Source: Antedon mediterranea
Lineage: Eukaryota > Animalia > Echinodermata
Length of the DNA stretch: 64,000 bases
Reading direction: 5' to 3'
Assembly: GCF_964355755.1 (NCBI RefSeq)
Contig: NC_092680.1
Coordinates: forward strand, 11,036,001 to 11,100,000
This document shows positions 51,401 to 64,000 of the stretch, piece by piece (the stretch's first letter is position 1; each line of letters begins with the position of its first letter). The notes below the pieces were generated by a model, which saw only the letters and a list, made by a program, of their open reading frames with translations, was not told the origin of the DNA and did no database searches. Position numbers and translations under genes: made by a program.

Positions 51401-54400
51401 TTTTTCGAAAATCACAAAATGGTCTAAAACGTCTTCAAATGCGATTTGAAGCTATTCTGTACACTTTGATGTTTTGTGTGAAAAAGTTTTGTCAAAATGC
51501 TCAAAATGGTCTAAAACGTTTTTAAAACGATATTAAGCTATTTTGTGCTCTTTGATGTTTTTGTGTAACCAAGTTTCATCGAAAATCACAAAATGGTCTA
51601 AAACGTCTCCAAATGCGATTTGAAGCTTTTCTAAGCACTTTGGTGTTTTTATGTTAACAAGTTTTTTCGAAAATCACGAAATTGTCTAAAATGTCTCCAA
51701 ATGCGATTTTAAGATATTCTGAGCACTTTGGTGTTTTTATGTTAAAACGTTTTTTCGAAAATCACAAAATGGTCTAAAACGTCTCCAAATGCGATTTGAA
51801 GCTCTTCTGTACACTTTGATGTTTTGTGTGAAAAAGTTTTGTCGATATGCTCAAAATGGTCTAAAACGTTTTTAAATACGATATTAAGCGGTTTTGTGCA
51901 GTTTGATGATTTGTGTGAAAAGTTTTAACGAAATGCTCAAAATGGTCTAAAACGGTTTCTAATGCGATTTGAAGCTATTCTGTACACTTTGAAGTTTTTT
52001 GTGAAAAAGTTTTCTCGAAATGCTCAAAATGGTCTAAAACGTTTTTATATACCATATTAAGCTATTTTGTGCACTTTGATGTTTTTTGTGAAAAGTTTTA
52101 TCGAAATGCTCAAAATGGTCTGAAACGGTTTCTATTGTGATTTTAAGCACTTTGATGATTTTGTGTAACCAAGTTTCATCGAAATGTACAAAATGGTCTA
52201 AAACGTCTCCAAATGCGATTTGAAGCTATTCTAAGTACTTTTGTGTTTTTATGTTAACAAGTTTTTTCGAAAATCACGAAATGGTCTAAAATGTCTCCAC
52301 ATGCGATTTGAAGATATTCTGAACACTTTGGTGTTTTTATGTTAAAAAGTTTTGTCGAAATGCTCAAAATGGTCTAAAACGTTTTTAAATACGATATTAA
52401 GCTATTTTGTGATCTTTGATGTTTTTGTGTGAAAAGTTTTATCGAAATGCTCAAAATGGTCTGAAACGGTTTCTAATGCGATTTGAAGCTATTCTGTACA
52501 CTTTAAAGTTTTTTGTGAAAAAGTTTTCTCGAAATTCTCAAAATGGTCTAAAACGTTTTTATATACCATATTAAGCTATTTTGTGCACTTTGATGTTTTT
52601 TGTGAAAAGTTTTATCGAAATGCTCAAAATGGTCTAAAACGGTTTCTATTGTGATTTTAAGCACTTTGATGATTTTGTGTAACCAAGTTTCATCGAAATG
52701 TACAAAATGGTCTAAAACGTCTCCAAATGCGATTTGAAGCTATTCTAAGTACTTTTGTGGTTTTATGTTAACAAGTTTTTTCGAAAATCACGAAATGGTC
52801 TAAAACGTCTTCAAATGCGATTTGAAGCTATTCTGTACACTTTGATGTTTTGTGTGAAAAAGTTTTGTCGAAATGCTCAAAATGGTCTAAAACGTTTTTA
52901 AATACGATATTAAGCTATTTTGTGATCTTTGATGTTTTTGTGTGAAAAGTTTTATCGAAATGCTCAAAATGGTCTAAAACGGTTTCTATTGTGATTTTAA
53001 GCACTTTGATGATTTTGTGTAACCAAGTTTCATCGAAATGTACAAAATGGTCTAAAACGTCTCCAAATGCGATTTGAAGCTATTCTAAGTACTTTTGTGT
53101 TTTTATGTTAACAAGTTTTTTCGAAAATCACAAAATGGTCTAAAACGTCTTCAAATGCGATTTGAAGCTATTCTGTACACTTTGATGTTTTGTGTGAAAA
53201 AGTTTTGTCAAAATGCTCAAAATGGTCTAAAACGGTTTTAAAACGATATTAAGCTATTTTGTGCTCTTTGATGTTTTTGTGTAACCAAGTTTCATCGAAA
53301 ATCACAAAATGGTCTAAAACGTCTCCAAATGCGATTTGAAGCTTTTCTAAGCACTTTGGTGTTTTTATGTTAACAAGTTTTTTCGAAAATCACAAAATGG
53401 TCTAAAACGTCTCCAAATGCGATTTGAAGCTCTTCTGTACACTTTGATGTTTTGTGTGAAAAAGTTTTGTCGAAATTCTCAAAATGGTCTAAAACGTTTT
53501 TAAATACGATATTAAGCTGTTTTGTGCACTTTGATGATTTGTGTGAAAAGTTTTAACGAAATGCTCAAAATGGTCAAAAACGGTTTCTAATGTGATTTTA
53601 AGCACTTTGATGTTTTTGTGTAACCAAGTTTTTTCAAAAATTTCAAAATGGTCTAAAACGTCTCCAAATGCGATTTGAAGCTTTTCTAAGCACTTTGGTG
53701 TTTTTATGTTAACAAGTTTTTTCGAAAATCACAAAATGGTCTAAAACGTCTCCAAATGCGATTTGAAGCTCTTCTGTACACTTTGATGTTTTGTGTGAAA
53801 AAGTTTTGTCGAAATTCTCAAAATGGTCTAAAACGTTTTTAAATACGATATTAAGCTGTTTTGTGCACTTTGATGATTTGTGTGAAAAGTTTTAACGAAA
53901 TGCTCAAAATGGTCAAAAACGGTTTCTAATGTGATTTTAAGCACTTTGATGTTTTTGTGTAACCAAGTTTTTTCAAAAATTTCAAAATGGTCTAAAACGT
54001 CTCCAAATGCGATTTGAAGCTTTTCTAAGCACTTTGGTGTTTTTATGTTAACAAGTTTTTTCGAAAATCACGAAATTGTCTAAAATGTCTCCAAATGCGA
54101 TTTTAAGATATTCTGAGCACTTTGGTGTTTTTATGTTAAAACGTTTTTTCGAAAATCACAAAATGGTCTAAAACGTCTCCAAATGCGATTTGAAGCTCTT
54201 CTGTACACTTTGATGTTTTGTGTGAAAAAGTTTTGTCGATATGCTCAAAATGGTCTAAAACGTTTTTAAATACGATATTAAGCTGTTTTGTGCAGTTTGA
54301 TGATTTGTGTGAAAAGTTTTAACGAAATGCTCAAAATGGTCTAAAACGGTTTCTAATGCGATTTGAAGCTATTCTGTACACTTTGAAGTTTTTTGTGAAA

Positions 54401-57400
54401 AAGTTTTCTCGAAATGCTCAAAATGGTCTAAAACGTTTTTATATACCATATTAAGCTATTTTGTGCACTTTGATGTTTTTTGTGAAAAGTTTTATCGAAA
54501 TGCTCAAAATGGTCTGAAACGGTTTCTATTGTGATTTTAAGCACTTTGATGATTTTGTGTAACCAAGTTTCATCGAAATGTACAAAATGGTCTAAAACGT
54601 CTCCAAATGCGATTTGAAGCTATTCTAAGTACTTTTGTGTTTTTATGTTAACAAGTTTTTTCGAAAATCACGAAATGGTCTAAAATGTCTCCACATGCGA
54701 TTTGAAGATATTCTGAGCACTTTGGTGTTTTTATGTTAAAAAGTTTTGTCGAAATGCTCAAAATGGTCTAAAACGTTTTTAAATACGATATTAAGCTATT
54801 TTGTGATCTTTGATGTTTTTGTGTGAAAAGTTTTATCGAAATGCTCAAAATGGTCTGAAACGGTTTCTAATGCGATTTGAAGCTATTCTGTACACTTTGA
54901 AGTTTTTTGTGAAAAAGTTTTCTCGAAATTCTCAAAATGGTCTAAAACGTTTTTATATACCATATTAAGCTATTTTGTGCACTTTGATGTTTTTTGTGAA
55001 AAGTTTTATCGAAATGCTCCAAAATGGTCTAAAACGGTTTCTATTGTGATTTTAAGCACTTTGATGATTTTGTGTAACCAAGTTTCATCGAAATGTACAA
55101 AATGGTCTAAAACGTCTCCAAATGCGATTTGAAGCTATTCTAAGTACTTTTGTGGTTTTATGTTAACAAGTTTTTTCGAAAATCACAAAATGGTCTAAAA
55201 CGTCTTCAAATGCGATTTGAAGCTATTCTGTACACTTTTATGTTTTGTGTGAAAAAGTTTTGTCGAAATTCTCAAAATGGTCTAAAACGTTTTTAAATAC
55301 GATATTAAGCTGTTTTGTGCACTTTGATGATTTGTGTGAAAAGTTTTAACGAAATGCTCAAAATGGTCAAAAACGGTTTCTAATGTGATTTTAAGCACTT
55401 TGATGTTTTTGTGTAACCAAGTTTTTTCAAAAATCACAAAATGGTCTAAAACGTCTCCAAATGCGATTTGAAGCTTTTCTAAGCACTTTGGTGTTTTTAT
55501 GTTAACAAGTTTTTTCGAAAATCACGAAATGGTCTAAAATGTCTCCAAATGCGATTTGAAGATATTCTGAGCACTTTGGTGTTTTTATGTTAAAAAGTTT
55601 TATCGAAAATCACAAAATGGTCTAAAACGTCTCCAAATGCGATTTGAAGCTCTTCTGTACACTTTGATGTTTTGTGTGAAAAAGTTTTGTCGAAATGCTC
55701 AAAATGGTCTAAAACGTTTTTAAATACGATATTAAGCTGTTTTGTGCACTTTGATGATTTGTGTGAAAAGTTTTAACGAAATGCTCAAAATGGTCTAAAA
55801 CGGTTTCTAATGTGATTTTAAGCACTTTGATGTTTTTGTGTAACCAAGTTTTATCGAAAATCACAAAATAGTCTAAAACGTCTCCAAATGCGATTTGAAG
55901 CTTTTCTAAGCACTTTGGTGTTTTTATGTTAACAAGTTTTTTCGAAAATCACAAAATGGTCTAAAACGTCTCCAAATGCGATTTGAGGATATTCTGAGCA
56001 CTTTGGTGTTTTTTGTTAAAAAGTTTTTTCGAAAATCACAAAATGGTCTAAAACGTCTCCAAATGCGATTTGAAGCTATTCTGTACACTTTGATGTTTTG
56101 TGTGAAAAAGTTTTGTCGAAATGCTCAAAATGGTCTAAAACATTTTTAAATACGATATTAAGCTATTTTGTGATCTTTGATGTTTTTGTGTGAAAAGTTT
56201 TATCGAAATGCTCAAAATGGTCTAAAACGGTTTCTATTGTGATTTTAAGCACTTTGATGATTTTGTGTAACCAAGTTTCATCGAAATGTACAAAATGGTC
56301 TAAAACGTCTCCAAATGCGATTTGAAGCTATTCTAAGTACTTTTGTGTTTTTATGTTAACAAGTTTTTTCGAAAATCACAAAATGGTCTAAAACGTCTTC
56401 AAATGCGATTTGAAGCTTTTCTGTACACTTTGATGTTTTGTGTGAAAAAGTTTTGTCAAAATGCTCAAAATGGTCTAAAACGTTTTTAAAACGATATTAA
56501 GCTATTTTGTGCTCTTTGATGTTTTTGTGTAACCAAGTTTCATCGAAAATCACAACATGGTCTAAAACGTCTCCAAATGCGATTTGAAGCTTTTCTAAGC
56601 ACTTTGGTGTTTTTATGTTAACAAGTTTTTTCGAAAATCACAAAATGGTCTAAAACGTCTCCAAATGCGATTTGAAGCTCTTCTGTACACTTTGATGTTT
56701 TGTTTGAAAAAGTTTTGTCGAAATTCTCAAAATGGTCTAAAACGTTTTTAAATACGATATTAAGCTGTTTTGTGCACTTTGATGATTTGTGTGAAAAGTT
56801 TTAACGAAATGCTCAAAATGGTCTAAAACGGTTTCTAATGTGATTTTAAGCACTTTGATGTTTTTGTGTAACCAAGTTTTTTCGAAAATCACAAAATAGT
56901 CTAAAACGTCTCCAAATGCGATTTGAAGCTATTCTGTACACTTTTATGTTTTGTGTGAAAAAGTTTTGTCGAAATGCTCAAAATGGTCTAAAACGTTTTA
57001 ATATACCATATTAAGCTATTTTGTGCACTTTGATGTTTTTTGTGAAAAGTTTTATCGAAATCCTCAAAATGGTCTAAAACGGTTTCTATTGTGATTTTAA
57101 GCACTTTGATGATTTTGTGTAACCAAGTTTCATCGAAATGTACAAAATGGTCTAAAACGTCTCCAAATGCGATTTGAAGCTATTCTAAGTACTTTTGTGT
57201 TTTTATGTTAACAAGTTTTTTTTTAAATCACAAAATGGTCTAAAACGTCTTCAAATGCGATTTGAAGCTATTCTGTACACTTTGATGTTTTGTGTGAAAA
57301 AGTTTTGTCGAAATGCTCAAAATGGTCTAAAACGTTTTTAAATACGATATTAAGCTATTTTGTGATCTTTGATGTTTTTGTGTGAAAAGTTTTATCGAAA

Positions 57401-60400
57401 TGCTCAAAATGGTCTAAAACGGTTTCTATTGTGATTTTAAGCACTTTGATGATTTTGTGTAACCAAGTTTCATCGAAATGTACAAAATGGTCTAAAACGT
57501 CTCCAAATGCGATTTGAAGCTATTCTAAGTACTTTTGTGTTTTTATGTTAACAAGTTTTTTCGAAAATCACAAAATGGTCTAAAACGTCTTCAAATGCGA
57601 TTTGAAGCTATTCTGTACACTTTGATGTTTTGTGTGAAAAAGTTTTGTCGAAATGCTCAAAATGGTCTAAAACGTTTTTAAATACGATATTAAGCTATTT
57701 TGTGCTCTTTGATGTTTTTGTGTAACCAAGTTTCATCGAAAATCACAAAATGGTCTAAAACGTCTTCAAATGCGATTTGAAGCTATTCTGTACACTTTGA
57801 TGTTTTGTGTGAAAAAGTTTTGTCAAAATGCTCAAAATGGTCTAAAACGTTTTTAAAACGATATTAAGCTATTTTGTGCTCTTTGATGTTTTTGTGTAAC
57901 CAAGTTTCATCGAAAATCACAAAATGGTCTAAAACGTTTTTAAAACGATATTAAGCTATTTTGTGCTCTTTGATGTTTTTGTGTAACCAAGTTTCATCGA
58001 AATCAACAAAATGGTCTAATACGTCTTCAAATGCGATTTGAAGCTATTCTGTACACTTTGATGTTTTGTGTGAAAAAGTTTTGTCGAAATGCTCAAAATG
58101 GTCTAAAACGTTTTTAAATACGATATAAAGCTATTTTGTGATCTTTGATGTTTTTGTGTGAAAAGTTTTATCGAAATGCTCAAAATGGTCTAAAACGTCT
58201 CCAAATGCGATTTGAAGCTATTCTGTACACTTTGATGTTTTGTGTGAAAAAGTTTTGTCGAAATGCTCAAAATGGTCTAAAACGTTTTTAAATACGATAT
58301 TAAGCTATTTTGTGATCTTTGATGTTTTTGTGTGAAAAGTTTTATCGAAATGCTCAAAATGGTCTAAAACGGTTTCTATTGTGATTTTAAGCACTTTGAT
58401 GATTTTGTGTAACCAAGTTTCATCGAAATGTACAAAATGGTCTAAAACGTCTCCAAATGCGATTTGAAGCTATTCTAAGTACTTTTGTGTTTTTATGTTA
58501 ACAAGTTTTTTCGAAAATCACAAAATGGTCTAAAACGTCTTCAAATGCGATTTGAAGCTATTCTGTACACTTTGATGTTTTGTGTGAAAAAGATTTGTCG
58601 ATATGCTCAAAATGGTCTAAAACGTTTTTAAATACGATATTAAGCTGTTTTGTGCACTTTAATGATTTGTGTGAAAAGTTTTACGAAATGCTCAAAATGG
58701 TCTAAAACGGTTTCTAATGTGATTTTAAGCACTTTGATGTTTTTGTGTAACCAAGTTTTTTCGAAAATCACAAAATGGTCTAAAACGTCTCCAAATGCGA
58801 TTTCAAGCTTTTCTAAGCACTTTGGTGTTTTTATGTTAACAAGTTATTTCGAAAATCACAAAATGGTCTAAAACGTCTCCAAATGCGATTTGAGGATATT
58901 CTAAGCACTTTGGTGTTTTTATGTTAAAAAGTTTTTTCGAAAATCACAAAATGGTCTAAACGTCTCCAAATGCGATTTGAAGCTATTCTGTACACTTTGA
59001 TGTTTTGTGTGAAAAAGTTTTGTCGAAATGCTCAAAATGGTCTAAAACGTTTTTAAAACGATATTAAGCTATTTTGTGCTCTTTGATGTTTTTGTGTAAC
59101 CAAGTTTCATCGAAATCAACAAAATGGTCTAATACGTCTCCAAATGCGATTTGAAGTTTTTCCAAGCACTTTGCTGTTTTTATGTTAACAAGTTTTTTCG
59201 AAAATCACAAAATGGTCTAAAACGTCTTCAAATGCGATTTGAAGCTATTCTGTACACTTTGATGTTTTGTGTGAAAAAGTTTTGTCGAAATGCTCAAAAT
59301 GGTCTAAAACGTTTTTAAATACGATATAAAGCTATTTTGTGATCTTTGATGTTTTTGTGTGAAAAGTTTTATCGAAATGCTCAAAATGGTCTAAAACGGT
59401 TTCTAATGCGATTTGAAGCTATTCTGTACCCTTTGAAGTTTTTTGTGAAAAAGTTTTCTCGAAATGCTCAAAATGGTCTAAAAAGTTTTTATATACCATA
59501 TTAAGCTATTTTGTGCACTTTGATGTTTTTTGTGAAAAGTTTTATCGAAATGCTCAAAATGGTCTAAAACGGTTTCTATTGGGATTTTAAGCACTTTGAT
59601 GATTTTGTGTAACCAAGTTTCATCGAAATGTACAAAATGGTCTAAAACGTCTCCAAATGCGATTTGAAGCTATTCTAAGTACTTTTGTGTTTTTATGTTA
59701 ACAAGTTTTTTCGAAAATCACAAAATGGTCTAAAACGTCTTCAAATGCGATTTGAAGCTATTCTGTACACTTTTATGTTTTGTGTGAAAAAGTTTTGTCG
59801 AAATTCTCAAAATGGTCTAAAACGTTTTTAAATACGATATTAAGCTGTTTTGTGCACTTTGATGATTTGTGTGAAAAGTTTTAACGAAATGCTCAAAATG
59901 GTCAAAAACGGTTTCTAATGTGATTTTAAGCACTTTGATGTTTTTGTGTAACCAAGTTTTTTCAAAAATCACAAAATGGTCTAAAACGTCTCCAAATGCG
60001 ATTTGAAGCTTTTCTAAGCACTTTGGTGTTTTTATGTTAACAAGTTTTTTCGAAAATCACAAAATGGTCTAAAACGTCTCCAAATGCGATTTGAAGATAT
60101 TCTGAGCACTTTGGTGTTTTTATGTTAAAAAGTTTTTTCGAAAATCACAAAATAGTCTAAAACGTCTCCAAATGCGATTTGAAGCTATTCTGTACACTTT
60201 GATGTTTTGTGTGAAAAAGTTTTGTCGAAATGCTCAAAATGGTCTAAAACGTTTTTAAAACGATATTAAGCTATTTTGTGCTCTTTGATGTTTTTGTGTA
60301 ACCAAGTTTCATCGAAAATCACAAAATGGTCTAAAACGTCTCAAAATGCGATTTGAAGCTTTTCTAAGCACTTTGGTGTTTTTATGTTAACAAGTTTTTT

Positions 60401-63400
60401 CGAAAATCACGAAATGGTCTAAAATGTCTCCAAATGCGATTTGAAGATATTCTGAGCACTTTGGTGTTTTTATGTTAAAAAGTTTTTTCGAAAATCACAA
60501 AATGGTCTAAAACGTCTCCAAATGCGATTTGAAGCTCTTCTGTACACTTTGATGTTTTGTGTGAAAAAGTTTTGTCGAAATGCTCAAAATGGTCTAAAAC
60601 GTTTTTAAATACGATATTAAGCTGTTTTGTGCACTTTGATGATTTGTGTGAAAAGTTTTAACGAAATGCTCAAAATGGTCTAAAACGGTTTCTAATGTGA
60701 TTTTAAGCACTTTGATGTTTTTGTGTAACCAAGTTTTATCGATAATCACAAAATAGTCTAAAACGTCTCCAAATGCGATTTGAAGCTTTTCTAAGCACTT
60801 TGGTGTTTTTATGTTAACAAGTTTTTTCGAAAATCACAAAATGGTCTAAAACGTCTCCAAATGCGATTTGAGGATATTCTGAGCACTTTGGTGTTTTTTT
60901 GTTAAAAAGTTTTTTCGAAAATCACAAAATGGTCTAAAACTTCTCCAAATGCGATTTGAAGCTATTCTGTACACTTTGATGTTTTGTGTGAAAAAGTTTT
61001 GTCGAAATGCTCAAAATGGTCTAAAACATTTTTAAATACGATATTAAGCTATTTTGTGATCTTTGATGTTTTTGTGTGAAAAGTTTTATCGAAATGCTCA
61101 AAATGGTCTAAAACGGTTTCTATTGTGATTTTAAGCACTTTGATGATTTTGTGTAACCAAGTTTCATCGAAATGTACAAAATGGTCTAAAACGTCTCCAA
61201 ATGCGATTTGAAGCTATTCTAAGTACTTTTGTGTTTTTATGTTAACAAGTTTTTTCGAAAATCACAAAATGGTCTAAAACGTCTTCAAATGCGATTTGAA
61301 GCTATTCTGTACACTTTGATGTTTTGTGTGAAAAAGTTTTGTCAAAATGCTCAAAATGGTCTAAAACGTTTTTAAAACGATATTAAGCTATTTTGTGCTC
61401 TTTGATGTTTTTGTGTAACCAAGTTTCATCGAAAATCACAACATGGTCTAAAACGTCTCCAAATGCGATTTGAAGCTTTTCTAAGCACTTTGGTGTTTTT
61501 ATGTTAACAAGTTTTTTCGAAAATCACAAAATGGTCTAAAACGTCTCCAAATGCGATTTGAAGCTCTTCTGTACACTTTGATGTTTTGTTTGAAAAAGTT
61601 TTGTCGAAATTCTCAAAATGGTCTAAAACGTTTTTAAATACGATATTAAGCTGTTTTGTGCACTTTGATGATTTGTGTGAAAAGTTTTAACGAAATGCTC
61701 AAAATGGTCTAAAACGGTTTCTAATGTGATTTTAAGCACTTTGATGTTTTTGTGTAACCAAGTTTTTTCGAAAATCACAAAATAGTCTAAAACGTCTCCA
61801 AATGCGATTTGAAGCTATTCTGTACACTTTTATGTTTTGTGTGAAAAAGTTTTGTCGAAATGCTCAAAATGGTCTAAAACGTTTTAATATACCATATTAA
61901 GCTATTTTGTGCACTTTGATGTTTTTTGTGAAAAGTTTTATCGAAATCCTCAAAATGGTCTAAAACGGTTTCTATTGTGATTTTAAGCACTTTGATGATT
62001 TTGTGTAACCAAGTTTCATCGAAATGTACAAAATGGTCTAAAACGTCTCCAAATGCGATTTGAAGCTATTCTAAGTACTTTTGTGTTTTTATGTTAACAA
62101 GTTTTTTTTTAAATCACAAAATGGTCTAAAACGTCTTCAAATGCGATTTGAAGCTATTCTGTACACTTTGATGTTTTGTGTGAAAAAGTTTTGTCGAAAT
62201 GCTCAAAATGGTCTAAAACGTTTTTAAATACGATATTAAGCTATTTTGTGATCTTTGATGTTTTTGTGTGAAAAGTTTTATCGAAATGCTCAAAATGGTC
62301 TAAAACGGTTTCTATTGTGATTTTAAGCACTTTGATGATTTTGTGTAACCAAGTTTCATCGAAATGTACAAAATGGTCTAAAACGTCTCCAAATGCGATT
62401 TGAAGCTATTCTAAGTACTTTTGTGTTTTTATGTTAACAAGTTTTTTCGAAAATCACAAAATGGTCTAAAACGTCTTCAAATGCGATTTGAAGCTATTCT
62501 GTACACTTTGATGTTTTGTGTGAAAAAGTTTTGTCGAAATGCTCAAAATGGTCTAAAACGTTTTTAAATACGATATTAAGCTATTTTGTGATCTTTGATG
62601 TTTTTGTGTAACCAAGTTTCATCGAAAATCACAAAATGGTCTAAAACGTCTTCAAATGCGATTTGAAGCTATTCTGTACACTTTGATGTTTTGTGTGAAA
62701 AAGTTTTGTCAAAATGCTCAAAATGGTAAAAACGTTTTAAAACGATATTAAGCTATTTTGTGCTCTTTGATGTTTTTGTGTAACCAAGTTTCATCGAAAA
62801 TCACAAAATGGTCTAAAACGTCTCCAAATGCGATTTGAAGCTTTTCTAAGCACTTTGGTGTTTTTATGTTAACAAGTTTTTTCGAAAATCACGAAATGGT
62901 CTAAAATGTCTCCAAATGCGATTTGAAGATATTCTGAGCACTTAGATGTTTTTGTGTGAAAAGTTTTATCGAAATGCTCAAAATGGTCTAAAACGGTTTC
63001 TAATGCGATTTGAAGCTATTCTGTACACTTTGAAGTTTTTTGTGAAAAAGTTTTCTCGAAATGCTCAAAATGGTCTAAAACGTTTTTATATACCATATTA
63101 AGCTATTTTGTGCACTTTTATGTTTTGTGTGAAAAAGTTTTGTCGAAATTCTCAAAATGGTCTAAAACGTTTTTAAATACGATATTAAGCTGTTTTGTGC
63201 ACTTTGATGATTTGTGTGAAAAGTTTTAACGAAATGCTCAAAATGGTCAAAAAACGGTTTCTAATGTGATTTTAAGCACTTTGATGTTTTTGTGTAACCA
63301 AGTTTTTTCAAAAATCACAAAATGGTCTAAAACGTCTCCAAATGCGATTTGAAGCTTTTCTAAGGCACTTTGGTGTTTTTATGTTAAGTTTTTCGAAAAT

Positions 63401-64000
63401 CACAAAATGGTCTAAAACGTCTCCAAATGCGATTTGAAGCTATTCTGTACACTTTGATGTTTGTGTGAAAAAGTTTTGTCGAAATGCTCAAAATGGTCTA
63501 AAACATTTTAAATACGATATTAAGCTATTTTGTGATCTTTGATGTTTTTGTGTGAAAAGTTTTATCGAAAATGCTCAAAATGGTCTAAAACGTCTCCAAA
63601 TGCGATTTGAAAGCTATTCTGTACACTTTGATGTTTTGTGTGAAAAAGTTTTGTCGAAATGCTCAAAATGGTCTAAAACGTTTTTAAATACGATATTAAG
63701 CTATTTTGTGATCTTTGATGTTTTTGTGTGAAAAGTTTTAACGAAATGCTCAAAATGGTCAAAAACGGTTTCTAATGTGATTTTAAGCACTTTGATGTTT
63801 TTGTGTAACCCAAGTTTTTTCAAAAATTTCAAAATGGTCTAAAACGTCTCCAAATGCGATTTGAAGCTTTTCTAAGCACTTTGGTGTTTTTATGTTAACA
63901 AGTTTTTTCGAAAATCACAAAATGGTCTAAAACGTCTCCAAATGCGATTTGAAGATATTCTGAGCACTTTGGTGTTTTTATGTTAAAAAGTTTTTTCGAA
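45447..64000. repeat. Satellite DNA array (right arm), same family and orientation
   Basis: Resumes at TTAAGCTATTTTGTGATC, completing the monomer broken at 37365 (…AAATACGATA|TTAAGC…). Confidence 0.97.

Noticed and set aside
6089-58871. Repeated 73-aa ORFs (MCTLMICVKS…) and the 81-aa minus-strand ORF at 27822-28067
   Set aside because: Chance open frames in satellite variants with TTG starts; no protein features.

Overview
Eukaryotic, very AT-rich satellite array (monomers of about 78-88 bp, in variable higher-order units and multi-kb duplicated blocks) fills 1-37365 and 45447-64000. It is interrupted once by an 8.08-kb Ngaro-type tyrosine-recombinase retrotransposon (37366-45446) with split direct repeats A1...B1-A2-B2, gag, RT/RNase H and YR ORFs, no target-site duplication, and eight 110-bp hairpin-rich tandem repeats in its 5' leader. 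The RT ORF is broken by a 5'-truncated L1/Tx1-like LINE (AAGTT TSD, poly(A) tail) that landed in frame. Most notable inference: one GTAAGT donor inside gag is in frame with two strong acceptors that open the pol and YR frames, whose conserved N-termini lie upstream of their first ATG, suggesting an alternative-splicing expression programme. An empty-site paralog of the insertion lies at about 52909. The host species cannot be identified from sequence alone, and all comparisons were made by eye.
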